64,000 bases of DNA, taken from the NCBI GenBank assembly GCA_050953045.1, contig JBMNLY010000001.1, positions 74,947 to 138,946 of the forward strand, given 5' to 3'. Shown in pieces: positions 35,639-45,478 of this stretch. Each line of letters opens with the position of its first letter. Within the stretch, counting starts at the first letter, position 1. A program made the translations under genes and the position numbers. Origin of the DNA: Bacilli bacterium. Lineage in GTDB: Bacteria > Bacillota_I > Bacilli_A > ML615J-28 > CAG-698. The notes beneath the pieces are model-generated. The model was not told the DNA's origin and searched no databases. It was given only the letters and a program-made list of their open reading frames with translations.

Positions 35639-38383
35639 ATGAGCAAAGATTATAAAGATACGCTATTAATGATGAAGACAGCTTTCTCGATGCGCGCTAA
35701 TTTAACCGAGAAGGAACCGCAAATTCAAAAGCACTGGGAAGAAAAAGATGTTTACCGGAAAGTTTTAGAAAAAAACCAAGGACATCCGGTTTATAATCTT
35801 CACGACGGTCCTCCCTATGCGAACGGCGACATCCATGTCGGTCATGCTCTGAACAAAATTTTAAAAGACTTTGTCATCAGATACCGGAGCATGAACGGGT
35901 TTTATGCTCCTTATATACCCGGTTGGGATACCCATGGTCTTCCGATCGAAACTGCGCTTACTAAGAATAAAAAAGTTAACCGTAAAGCAATGTCGATCCC
36001 CGAATTTCGGAAGCTTTGCGAAGAATATGCTTTAAAACAAGTTGAAAAGCAGAAACTGGACTTTAAGAGGCTTGGAATTTTGGGTGATTGGGATAATCCT
36101 TATCTCACCTTAAACAAAGAATATGAAGCCGAACAAATCCGGATCTTCGGAAAGATGGTAGCTCAAGGCCTTGTTTTCAAAGGTTTAAAACCTGTTTATT
36201 GGTCCCCTTCCAGCGAATCAGCGCTTGCGGAAGCGGAAATCGAATATCACGATAAAGTTTCCCCTTCCATCTATCTTGCTTTTAAAGTTTTGGATGGCAA
36301 GAACCTGCTTTCGAGTGACTGCGAACTCGTCATTTGGACAACCACCCCCTGGACCATCCCTGCTAACCTCGCCGTGAGCGTCCATCCAGAATTTGAATAT
36401 GTGGTCTTGTTTGCGGGTGAAAGATATCTCGTTGTCGCAAAAGAACTGGTCGAAGCTTTTGTGGAAGCAGTTGGCTATAAAGACCATAAAATCATTAAAA
36501 CCATTACCGGTATTGAGCTTGAAGGAATCACTTATTCTCATCCTTTAAACGGCAAAGTCTGTCCCGTTGTTTTAGCGGATTACGTGACGCTTGAAAGTGG
36601 AACCGGACTTGTTCATACCGCTCCCGGACACGGTGAAGACGACTTTATGACCGGGAAAAAATATGATCTCGAGACTCTTTGCGTCGTTGACGAAAAAGGT
36701 TATATGACTGAAGAAGCCGGAGAGTTTGCTGGGATCTTCTATGAAAAAGCCAATGATGTGATTATTGAACGCTTATATGAAGTCGGAAGTCTACTCCAGC
36801 ATAGCAAAGTAACTCATAGTTATCCCCATGACTGGCGGACACATAAACCGATTATTTTTAGAGCTACTTCCCAATGGTTTGCTTCGATTGATGCATTAAA
36901 GGAAGATATGCTCGAAGCGATTAAAACGGTTACCTGGATTCCGGCTTGGGGCGAAGCCCGTATGGAAAACATGGTTAAAGATCGGAAAGAATGGTGTATT
37001 TCCCGACAAAGAGTCTGGGGCGTTCCGATTCCGGTGTTTTATGCGGAAGACGGAAGCGCAATCCTTGATGAAGATGTAATCAATCATGTTGCTGATTTGT
37101 TTGCAGAACACGGATCCTCAGTTTGGTGGGAAAAAGAAGCAAAAGATTTGCTTCCGGAAGGATACTCTAACTCGCACAGTCCGAATAATATCTTTACCAA
37201 AGAAACAGATATTATGGATGTTTGGTTTGACTCGGGTTCATCGCATCATGCGAGCATGGTCTTATCTGGTCAAACATATCCTGCGGATCTTTATCTTGAA
37301 GGCTCGGACCAATATCGAGGTTGGTTTAATTCCAGTCTATCGACGGGAATCGCGATTACGAAAAAAGCGCCTTACCGTGCCGTTTTAACCCATGGATTTG
37401 TTCTTGACGGCGAAGGTCGGAAAATGAGTAAGTCGCTTGGAAATAGTGTCGACCCCCAAGATATGATTCGAATGTTCGGTGCCGATATTCTCCGCTTATG
37501 GGTTGCCGGTTCTGAATATACAGCCGATATCCGTATCTCCAATGAAATCATGAAACAGGCTGCAGAAAATTATCGGAAGATTCGAAATACTTTCCGGTTC
37601 TTGCTTGGAAATCTTTCCGATTTCAATCCGGAAAATGATCGGATTCCTTATGAGCAAATGCCTGAAATTGATCAAGTTATGATGAATCTATTAAATAATT
37701 TGATCGACAAGGTTGTAAAAGCCTATGAGAATTATCAATTTGATGAAGTTTACCGTTCGATTTTGACCTATATGACAAACGAACTTTCCGCATTTTACCT
37801 TGACTTTACAAAAGACGTTCTTTATATCGAAACGGTTGATAATCCGGAAAGAAGAAGCATTCAAACAGTGTTCTATGAAAATCTTTCGGCACTTGTAAGG
37901 TTACTCACTCCGATTATCCCGCATACAACCGAAGAAGTATATTCGCATATACCTTATGAAAAAGAAGAGAGCGTATATTTTACGAATATGCCGAAATCAC
38001 TCCGTTATGCAAACGGAACGGTCTTGCTGAATAAATACGAACTATTCAAAGATTTACGGAGTGATGTCTTAAAAGCTTTAGAAGAAGCCCGTAACAATAA
38101 GATTATTGGTAAATCACTCGCCAGCAAGGTCGTGTTGAAACCTTCGGAAGCGACACTAAAACTCTTAAATAGTTTTAAGGTTGATCTTGCGAAAGTATTT
38201 ATCGTATCTGAATTCGTTGTTACAAACGAAGATCTTGAAGGCGATGAATATAAATCGGGTATTATTCAAATCAGCGCCCGCGAAGGACATGTTTGTGGTC
38301 GCTGTTGGAAGGTAGTCGATGAAGTAAACGAAGAAGAACTTTGCAATCGTTGTAATAAAATTATTAAAATAATGAGGTCATAG
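35639..38383 (+). CDS. ileS: Isoleucyl-tRNA synthetase
   Basis: HIGH motif PYANGDIHVGHA, KMSKS, and C-terminal zinc-finger cysteines (CGRCWK…CNRC). 914 aa. Confidence 0.95.
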   Translation: MSKDYKDTLLMMKTAFSMRANLTEKEPQIQKHWEEKDVYRKVLEKNQGHPVYNLHDGPPYANGDIHVGHALNKILKDFVIRYRSMNGFYAPYIPGWDTHGLPIETALTKNKKVNRKAMSIPEFRKLCEEYALKQVEKQKLDFKRLGILGDWDNPYLTLNKEYEAEQIRIFGKMVAQGLVFKGLKPVYWSPSSESALAEAEIEYHDKVSPSIYLAFKVLDGKNLLSSDCELVIWTTTPWTIPANLAVSVHPEFEYVVLFAGERYLVVAKELVEAFVEAVGYKDHKIIKTITGIELEGITYSHPLNGKVCPVVLADYVTLESGTGLVHTAPGHGEDDFMTGKKYDLETLCVVDEKGYMTEEAGEFAGIFYEKANDVIIERLYEVGSLLQHSKVTHSYPHDWRTHKPIIFRATSQWFASIDALKEDMLEAIKTVTWIPAWGEARMENMVKDRKEWCISRQRVWGVPIPVFYAEDGSAILDEDVINHVADLFAEHGSSVWWEKEAKDLLPEGYSNSHSPNNIFTKETDIMDVWFDSGSSHHASMVLSGQTYPADLYLEGSDQYRGWFNSSLSTGIAITKKAPYRAVLTHGFVLDGEGRKMSKSLGNSVDPQDMIRMFGADILRLWVAGSEYTADIRISNEIMKQAAENYRKIRNTFRFLLGNLSDFNPENDRIPYEQMPEIDQVMMNLLNNLIDKVVKAYENYQFDEVYRSILTYMTNELSAFYLDFTKDVLYIETVDNPERRSIQTVFYENLSALVRLLTPIIPHTTEEVYSHIPYEKEESVYFTNMPKSLRYANGTVLLNKYELFKDLRSDVLKALEEARNNKIIGKSLASKVVLKPSEATLKLLNSFKVDLAKVFIVSEFVVTNEDLEGDEYKSGIIQISAREGHVCGRCWKVVDEVNEEELCNRCNKIIKIMRS

Positions 38384-38384
38384 G

Positions 38385-39242
38385 ATGGCAATTTATATTC
38401 ATTTCTTTAGGGATAGCGGTTTAGAAAAATTAGATTTTCTAAAAGTCTTTGAATTTTTCGAATCCTATCCAAACTTTAAAATCTTTTACACCGACGAGGA
38501 AGTGCAAATTGATTATCGCGATGATGATTTTAAATTTGCCTATCGTTATCTGATTACCAAAAAGTCACGGGTCAGCCAGATTTATAAATTGAATCCTCAA
38601 TATCTGAATGTAAATTTCTTACTCGAACTTCCGGTATTGGTCCCATCCTTTTTAGTAAAGGAAATTTTAGCCTTAACGCAGAAACTATGTAAACTCTTCG
38701 ATTTGGAGATTTACAATGATGCATTCCAAGATGTTCAACCCTTTAACCTTGCGGATGTTGTAGTTTTGTTTGAAAAAATGCGGAGCGAGGCGATTGCTCA
38801 ATACGGAATGCAGGATAAACTTTCGTTTGAAAAGGACAAGCTCGACGAAGTTTGTCGTTACCAAAGGTCAGTTGCAAGTTTACGCGAATACTACCATAAT
38901 GAAGTCGAAGTCAATCTCGTGGAACCGATTATTGATAAAATAACAAATGAATACGGTATTTCGGTTGTTTGGAACGCCGGTGTTCCAACGGTTTTTCCGC
39001 CACATTTAAGTTATATTTATGTTAAGGAAGAACAAAACATTCCTTTCCTTGTCAGAAGGAAAGACTTTATGAGCATTATGGGTAAATACTTAATCGAAAT
39101 CGTAAATTTTCTGCCTGATATGTATATCTTAAAACCCAAACAAGCGAAAGCCTCTCGTAAAGTGCTCAATAAACTGCGCAAAGTCGCGATTATTGACCAA
39201 AATTTTAAATCGGTTCGGCTTGCGAATTTGATCGACATTTAG
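38385..39242 (+). CDS. Hypothetical cytoplasmic protein (285 aa), no recognisable domain
   Basis: ORF tightly packed between ileS and deoC (start 2 nt after the ileS stop). Confidence 0.5.
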   Translation: MAIYIHFFRDSGLEKLDFLKVFEFFESYPNFKIFYTDEEVQIDYRDDDFKFAYRYLITKKSRVSQIYKLNPQYLNVNFLLELPVLVPSFLVKEILALTQKLCKLFDLEIYNDAFQDVQPFNLADVVVLFEKMRSEAIAQYGMQDKLSFEKDKLDEVCRYQRSVASLREYYHNEVEVNLVEPIIDKITNEYGISVVWNAGVPTVFPPHLSYIYVKEEQNIPFLVRRKDFMSIMGKYLIEIVNFLPDMYILKPKQAKASRKVLNKLRKVAIIDQNFKSVRLANLIDI

Positions 39243-39251
39243 GAGGAAGAA

Positions 39252-39914
39252 ATGAATAATAAATTGATTGATCATACATTGTTGAAAGCAAATGCCACGC
39301 TTACTGATATTAAAAAACTTTGTGAAGAAGCAAGAGAACATCACTTTAAAAGCGTCTGCGTTAATCCGGGGTTTGTAAAAAGAGCGAAAGAATTTTTGGC
39401 CGGAAGTGATGTTTTAGTTTGCACCGTTATCGGTTTTCCTCTCGGCGCTAATACCATTGAAACCAAAGTTTTTGAAACCGAACAAGCCGTTAATGAAGGT
39501 GCCGATGAAATTGATATGGTAATTAATATCAGCAAAGCGAAGGAACATGATTTTTCCTATCTGGAAAAAGAAATTAGAGCCGTTGTCGAGGCAGCAAACA
39601 AAAGAACCGTCAAAGTGATTATTGAAACTTGTTATCTCACTGACGAGGAAAAGGTTGCAGCCTGTAAAGCGGCAGCAGAGGCCGGAGCAGATTTTGTGAA
39701 AACTTCGACCGGTTTTGGGACCGGCGGCGCAACGGTAGAAGATGTTGCTTTAATGCGAAAGTCTGTTCCCGTAAAGATGGGTGTTAAAGCCAGCGGTGGC
39801 ATCCGGACTAAAGAAGCTCTTGAAGCAATGGTAGCTGCCGGCGCAAACAGAATCGGAGCCTCGGCTGGAATAAAATTGATTGAAGGAGGAAGTCATGGCG
39901 ACGCCGCATATTGA
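39252..39914 (+). CDS. deoC: Deoxyribose-phosphate aldolase
   Basis: N-terminal [11 protein letters not shown]. Catalytic-lysine regions (…FVKTSTGF…, …VKASGGIR…). Confidence 0.85.
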   Translation: MNNKLIDHTLLKANATLTDIKKLCEEAREHHFKSVCVNPGFVKRAKEFLAGSDVLVCTVIGFPLGANTIETKVFETEQAVNEGADEIDMVINISKAKEHDFSYLEKEIRAVVEAANKRTVKVIIETCYLTDEEKVAACKAAAEAGADFVKTSTGFGTGGATVEDVALMRKSVPVKMGVKASGGIRTKEALEAMVAAGANRIGASAGIKLIEGGSHGDAAY

Positions 39915-40605
39915 GGTAAATGATAAAAATTTGTTTGGTAAAACCGTACTTATGCCAGGGGACCCCTTAAGAGCCAAATTTGTTGCGGAAACATATTTAA
40001 CAGATATTAAATTAATCAATCAAGTCCGCAATATGTTTGCTTATACAGGTAATTATCAATTCAAGAAAATTACCGTTATGGGATCGGGTATGGGCATGCC
40101 CAGTATTGGAATTTACTCTTACGAATTGTATAAATTTTATGATGTTGAAAATATTATCAGAATCGGCTCTTGTGGAGCGTATGATCCAAACCTGAAACTC
40201 TATGATGTAATCATTGCTCGTGATGCTTATAGCGAATCTAGTTTCGCTAAAGTGGCTTATAATTATCCTGAAAATATCCTTCCTGCATCAGAGCATCTGG
40301 TTCAGGCCTTAAATGCCTCCGCCAAAAAACTAGCAATCCCTGTAACTAATGCTACGATTCATTCTTCCGATGTATTTTATCGCCATCAGGGAGATGTATT
40401 CCGCGATGTTCGCGATAAACACGGATGTGTAGCTGTTGAGATGGAAAGTTTCGCTTTGTTTGCAAATGCGCGTTTCCTCGGGAAGCACGCAGCCTGCATT
40501 CTGACTGTTTCTGATTCACTCGTTACAAAGGAAGAAACAACTGCAGAAGAGCGTCAAACTTCCTTCCATAAAATGATGGAGATTGCACTTGATTCCGCAA
40601 AATAG
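39895..40605 (+). CDS. deoD: Purine nucleoside phosphorylase, DeoD type
   Basis: ATG after GGAGGA. N-terminal MATPHIE… and PNP/UDP family 1 core (…GSCGA…, …VEMESFALF…). Confidence 0.85.
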   Translation: MATPHIEVNDKNLFGKTVLMPGDPLRAKFVAETYLTDIKLINQVRNMFAYTGNYQFKKITVMGSGMGMPSIGIYSYELYKFYDVENIIRIGSCGAYDPNLKLYDVIIARDAYSESSFAKVAYNYPENILPASEHLVQALNASAKKLAIPVTNATIHSSDVFYRHQGDVFRDVRDKHGCVAVEMESFALFANARFLGKHAACILTVSDSLVTKEETTAEERQTSFHKMMEIALDSAK

Positions 40606-40628
40606 TGGGGAGACCCCACTATTTTTTT
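40604..40628 (+). terminator. Rho-independent terminator
   Basis: AGTGGGG-AGA-CCCCACT followed by TTTTTTT. Confidence 0.65.
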
Positions 40629-40674
40629 GGAATAATTTTCTAAAAAGGAACACAGAATAAACCTGGAGGCAGAT

Positions 40675-41946
40675 ATGGAAATAAAGGAAAGAAGTTTCAA
40701 TAACTTAAATGCAACTCTGATTAAAACGAATAAATTTAAAACTTTAAGTTTTCAGGTCGTCTTTTTAGGCGAATTTTCCAAAGAAACCGCAACAAAACGC
40801 AGTCTCTTAACAAAACTATTGTCGACTTCAACCAAAACTTATAACACCAAAAAAGCTCTGGCTAATAAATTGATGGATATGTATGATGCTTCCTTTTCAA
40901 TCTCGACTTATCCTTCCGGAGAAACCGCAGTTACAGCCTTTAGTCTAACAATTGTAAATGAAAAAAATTTAGGCGTTCTTGGACTTACTAAAGAAGCTCT
41001 CGAATTTTTGCAGGAAGCTATCTTTAATCCAAATTTCGAAAATGGATTATTTCAAGAAAAGTATTTCCATGAACAGAAAAGGATTTTAAGAGAACGCATC
41101 AATAATATCTATAATAATAAAAACCGATATGCCTTAAGACAGATGTTGAAGAATATGGCACCGAATGAAATCATCAGTGTTAGTTCAATGGGCGCTTTGG
41201 AAGATTTAGAGCAGATTACCAATCAAGATCTTGTTAATTTATATCAACGGATGTTAAGCGAAGAAAATGTTAGTCTTTATGTTGTTGGGGATTTTGAAGA
41301 GGAAAACTTACTTCAGGATTTATCTTTACTCGGAAACTTTAATAGTGTTTCCAATCAATATCAAACAGTTTTAACACAAGAAGTTAAAGTAGAGAAGGTT
41401 CGTGAGTTTGTTGAAAAGCAAAACATCCAACAAACCAAGCTAATGATGGGTTTTCGAAGCACCATCAATACCAAAAGCAAGCTATATCCGGCCGCCTTAG
41501 TTTTTAATGCCATGTATGGCGGCATCTTTGCCTCAGATTTAATCCGGGTCGTCAGAGAAGAAAATTCGCTTGCCTATACGATTGTTTCCCAATTTATGAA
41601 TGATGTGATGGTATTAATCGTCTCAGCAGGAATTGATCGCGATAAGTACCAACTCACTACTGATTTGGTTATTAAAGAACTTGAATTTTATAAACAAGGA
41701 AAAATAGATTCGGTCTTAATGGCAATCGCTAAGGAAAGCATTATCAATGAACTGATCCAAATTGAAGATAATCCTTATTTGCTTTCCGGTTTTGCCTTAA
41801 GGAATTATTTGCATGGTCTTAAATATTCTGTTAACGATTTAATTGAAATTGTAAAAGCGGTATCAGAAACTGAAATCCAGGAAGTTGCACAAGGAATAAA
41901 TTTAGATACAATCTTCTTATTGACCGGTGAGGATCATGATGGTTAG
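40675..41946 (+). CDS. M16-family peptidase-like protein, probably the non-catalytic subunit
   Basis: 423 aa, insulinase-like fold, lacks the HxxEH motif. Confidence 0.65.
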   Translation: MEIKERSFNNLNATLIKTNKFKTLSFQVVFLGEFSKETATKRSLLTKLLSTSTKTYNTKKALANKLMDMYDASFSISTYPSGETAVTAFSLTIVNEKNLGVLGLTKEALEFLQEAIFNPNFENGLFQEKYFHEQKRILRERINNIYNNKNRYALRQMLKNMAPNEIISVSSMGALEDLEQITNQDLVNLYQRMLSEENVSLYVVGDFEEENLLQDLSLLGNFNSVSNQYQTVLTQEVKVEKVREFVEKQNIQQTKLMMGFRSTINTKSKLYPAALVFNAMYGGIFASDLIRVVREENSLAYTIVSQFMNDVMVLIVSAGIDRDKYQLTTDLVIKELEFYKQGKIDSVLMAIAKESIINELIQIEDNPYLLSGFALRNYLHGLKYSVNDLIEIVKAVSETEIQEVAQGINLDTIFLLTGEDHDG

Positions 41947-43267
41947 AAATTATGAAATATTGAATGAAAAAGTATATAGTGAGAAACTAGAAAATGGTCT
42001 CCGTGTAATCATTGTTCCAAAACCTGGGTTCAAAAAGACTTTCGCTTGTTTCGCAACCAAATACGGAGCGCTCATCAACCGCTTCGTTCCTTACGGGGAA
42101 ACAGATTATCTCGATGTTCCGCTCGGTATCGCCCATTTTTTAGAACATAAAATGTTTGAAATGCCGGACGGAAGCGATGCTACTGATTTGTTTGCGAAAA
42201 TGGGATTAGATGCGAATGCCTTAACCAACTATTTAATGACCGGTTATCTTTTTAGCGGTACCGCTAATATTAAAGAAGGCATTGAACTCTTGCTTGACTT
42301 TGTACAAACACCACATTTAACCGAAGAAAATGTTTTAAAAGAACAAGGAATCATTGCTCAGGAACTGAAGATGTATATGGATGACCCGAATGATGCCTTG
42401 CATTTAGGTCTAATGAAGAATTTATTCCGTGCTTATCCGCTCCGTTATGATGTTGGAGGTACACTTGATTCTATCATTAAAATTACGCCAGAATATCTTT
42501 ATAAATGTTACGAAACATTCTATCATCCTTCGAATATGATTTTAATCATTGTCGGCGATATTGATGCAATTATGTCTAACTCAACTAATTCTCATGAGAT
42601 GTTGCTTGATTTAATCAGAGCAAACCAAGCAAAGAAAGTGTTTAAAAAACCTCTCGATATTCGGAAAAATATCTTAGTTGAAGACGAAACCGCCAATAAG
42701 TCTTCTGGATATGCTAAAATGGATATTTCGATTCCGAAGGTAGCGGTCGGTTTAAAACTGCCCTTTGAAAAATACGAAAAAAACGATGCGATGATGATGG
42801 AATTAAAGATGAAAGTCCTTTTGGAAGCAACAATCGGCCCCACAACCGATGCTTTCCAGGAAATGCTTGATCTTGAGTTGATTACCGGAAATATTTATTA
42901 TGATGTTTATACGGACGGAATTTGTGGATTTATAAAGATCCAAGCAAATACCAATAAACCAAAACAATTCATTGCTTATATTCGTGAAAAACTGCTTTCC
43001 TTAAGCAACATAAAACTGGAAGAAGAAGTCTTTAACCGCTTTAAAAAATCACTGCTTGGCAATTTCTTAAGAGCATTAAATAATCTTGATTATATCGGTT
43101 ATAATTATCTTGAATATTCGTTTAAAGAGTCAGATGTATTTGAAGCTATCGGTCTCTTTTCAAAGCTAAATATCGAAGATTTAAAAGCTTTAGAAAAGTA
43201 TTTCAAAGTAGAAGCAATTTCTGATTATACGATTATTCCGAAGAATATGCTTTTTTCGAAAATCTGA
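41936..43267 (+). CDS. M16-family zinc peptidase, catalytic subunit
   Basis: Inverted zinc motif HFLEHKMFE (HxxEH). Start overlaps the upstream stop. Confidence 0.75.
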   Translation: MMVRNYEILNEKVYSEKLENGLRVIIVPKPGFKKTFACFATKYGALINRFVPYGETDYLDVPLGIAHFLEHKMFEMPDGSDATDLFAKMGLDANALTNYLMTGYLFSGTANIKEGIELLLDFVQTPHLTEENVLKEQGIIAQELKMYMDDPNDALHLGLMKNLFRAYPLRYDVGGTLDSIIKITPEYLYKCYETFYHPSNMILIIVGDIDAIMSNSTNSHEMLLDLIRANQAKKVFKKPLDIRKNILVEDETANKSSGYAKMDISIPKVAVGLKLPFEKYEKNDAMMMELKMKVLLEATIGPTTDAFQEMLDLELITGNIYYDVYTDGICGFIKIQANTNKPKQFIAYIREKLLSLSNIKLEEEVFNRFKKSLLGNFLRALNNLDYIGYNYLEYSFKESDVFEAIGLFSKLNIEDLKALEKYFKVEAISDYTIIPKNMLFSKI

Positions 43268-43395
43268 ACTAAAAAAACTTTCAAATTTTTTGCTTTATGC
43301 AAAATCAAACAAATCACATCAAATAAAACTATTAACAAAAAATTAAGATATTTCTCAATAAATTTTTACAAAAGCAAAGAAATATCGATTGATAA

Positions 43396-43426
43396 ACTCC
43401 CGAAAATACAAAATCGGGAGTTTTTA
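43396..43426 (+). terminator. Rho-independent terminator
   Basis: ACTCCCGA…CGGGAGT followed by a T-run. Confidence 0.5.
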
Positions 43427-43500
43427 TCTTTTTCGGAATTATTATATAATGGACTTGCCGGTAATATAATGAAAGGAGATGTTGACGAACATGGAGAGAA

Positions 43501-43842
43501 ATGTTAAATAATGTAATTCTAATTGGGAGAACGGTAGAGGATTTAAAACTTGTAACTACGGAAAGCGGACTTAAGACCTGTCGAATGGTGCTAGCATGCC
43601 AGCGACCTTTCCGGAATCAAGAAACACAAGAATACGATACCGATTTTATTCCCATTACTTTATGGCAAGTGGTTGCGGAAATGACCAGCCAACATGTTAA
43701 ACGTGGTTCAACCGTAGCGGTGAAAGCGCGCCTTGCAACTAGGACTTTGGAAATAGATAATGTCAAAGTCAGAACGGTTGAAGTAATTGGTGAGCGCGTT
43801 ATTTTTATTAATTTAAAAAATGAAGATAAAGGGGAAGATTAA
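43501..43842 (+). CDS. Single-stranded DNA-binding protein paralog (OB fold) lacking the acidic C-terminal tail
   Basis: MLNNVILIGRTVEDLKL…DFIPITLWQVVAE… aligns with the SSB OB fold. Ends …NEDKGED with no DDDIPF-type tail. Confidence 0.65.
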   Translation: MLNNVILIGRTVEDLKLVTTESGLKTCRMVLACQRPFRNQETQEYDTDFIPITLWQVVAEMTSQHVKRGSTVAVKARLATRTLEIDNVKVRTVEVIGERVIFINLKNEDKGED

Positions 43843-43877
43843 TATCCGATGCACAACAATTCAAGTTAAACAAAAAA

Positions 43878-43898
43878 AGAGCAGTTTGCTGCTCTTTT
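43878..43898 (+). terminator. Rho-independent terminator
   Basis: AGAGCAG-TTTG-CTGCTCT followed by TTTT. Confidence 0.55.
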
Positions 43899-44151
43899 AT
43901 GTTTATATTAAACATCAAATGAATTTTAATAAGAACAATTTACATCAATCAATCCTCCAAAATACGAACAATTTTTGAAACTCGTATAAAATCATAAAAG
44001 CAAGTTTATAAATCCTATCTCAGTTACTTATTTAATCATCATTTTCCTCTTCATGTAAAGTAGGTTAAGGATGCTATAATTGCCGCGACATCTTTTGATT
44101 TTAATAAAACTATTAATTTTTAATAATTTGTGATAAAAATACTGAAAACAT

Positions 44152-45339
44152 TGTATGATTGTAAATGATTTGAGACCAAAAAAGAATAAAAGAAGATAAA
44201 CCAAAGGGGTTTAAGGGGGAATGTGTCCCCCTTAGCATAATGGGCAATTTTGAAATCAAACGAAACATAAACAATTTACCATATTCGATTCCATGAGTTC
44301 ATTACGTTTTTCTATCGGAGTTTTAAACTTTAAGGGTGTCATCCCTATCCGGTTAGATCTATAAACATATCTTTTCATTTGATTCTGAAGATCTTCATAA
44401 CTATAGAATTTTAGATTTGAGTAAAAACGTTCATTATCAGTTCGATGACTTCTTTCTACCTTTCCGTTATGTCTGGGAGTTCTTGGTTTAATGGTTTTAT
44501 GTATAATTCCGAGTTTTTGACACCCTAAATCAAAAGGATGAATTCTATTTGTTTCACCAAAATGCCTAAATTCCAAGCCATTATCAGTTTGAATAATTCT
44601 TGGAACATAACCAAAGAAAGCAATTGCTTTACGTAGAAAATCAACTGAGCTATAAGAAGAACGCTCTTTGTATATATACATGAAGCGTTGTCTGGAAGCT
44701 TCATCTATTGCAGTATATTGATAATAACGATTATCGTCTCTGGGATCGGCTTTACATTCTGTCGGAACGTACTTAACATCAATTTGAAACTTTTCACCAA
44801 GTTTCTCTGGTGTGTGATATTTTTTGGGCTTGTATTTCTTTCTTATCTTAGACTTATTAACGTAATAACCTAATCTAATCAAAACACGATATAAGCTGCA
44901 ATAATGCCTAGAATAGCCTATTTGCTGTCTGAGTTTAGTATAGAGTTCAGTCAGACCGATATTAGAATTACGTTTAATCAAACTAAGGATCTTAGATATT
45001 TCTGTTTCCGTATGGATACTAGGATGAGGTGTGTGTGGTCTACGACTTTTCTCTTTAAGAGATTCAATAGTACCATCAAATGCTTTATTCCAGCGCATTA
45101 AAGAGGCCTTAGAGATATGGTATTTCAGGCAAATGTGATAAACAGAATAACGACCGGTACGATATGTAGAGACAGCATGAAATTTTGTTTTGATATCATG
45201 AAACTTATGTGATATAATAGCCATGTGATTTATACTCCTCTCGTGAAGAATCATGTGGTGAATCTTCTTTCATTAGAGAGTATAAATCACTTTTGTTATT
45301 TATACAAGGTTTGGTCTCAAATGTATTGTAACATAACAA
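44152..45339 (-). mobile_element. IS element copy 2 (identical 1188-bp copy, inverted relative to copy 1)
   Basis: Transposase translation identical to copy 1. Flanked by its own 25-bp direct repeat TTTGTGATAAAAATACTGAAAACAT at 44127-44151 and 45340-45364. Confidence 0.8.
44256..45254 (-). CDS. DDE transposase (identical to 16551..17549)
   Basis: 332-aa translation identical to the copy-1 transposase. Confidence 0.85.
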   Translation of the reverse strand: MILHERSINHMAIISHKFHDIKTKFHAVSTYRTGRYSVYHICLKYHISKASLMRWNKAFDGTIESLKEKSRRPHTPHPSIHTETEISKILSLIKRNSNIGLTELYTKLRQQIGYSRHYCSLYRVLIRLGYYVNKSKIRKKYKPKKYHTPEKLGEKFQIDVKYVPTECKADPRDDNRYYQYTAIDEASRQRFMYIYKERSSYSSVDFLRKAIAFFGYVPRIIQTDNGLEFRHFGETNRIHPFDLGCQKLGIIHKTIKPRTPRHNGKVERSHRTDNERFYSNLKFYSYEDLQNQMKRYVYRSNRIGMTPLKFKTPIEKRNELMESNMVNCLCFV

Positions 45340-45478
45340 TTTGTGATAAAAATACTGAAAACATTTTCTTGTTTTTCTACAAAAAATTTAGTATAATCAA
45401 TAATGGTGTTTATTAATTTTGTAATTGGCCATCTAATTTTATGAAATCTTAGTTCTAAAGAAAAAGGAGATGATATTT

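Noticed and set aside
35600-35640. T-box leader expected upstream of ileS
   Set aside because: Only 14 nt separate ylmH and ileS, so there is no room for a T-box. ileS is fused into the upstream operon.
16466-45339. Composite transposon formed by the two IS copies
   Set aside because: The cargo is core housekeeping (pyk, ileS, deoCD and others), and each IS copy retains its own matching target duplication. That indicates independent simple insertions.
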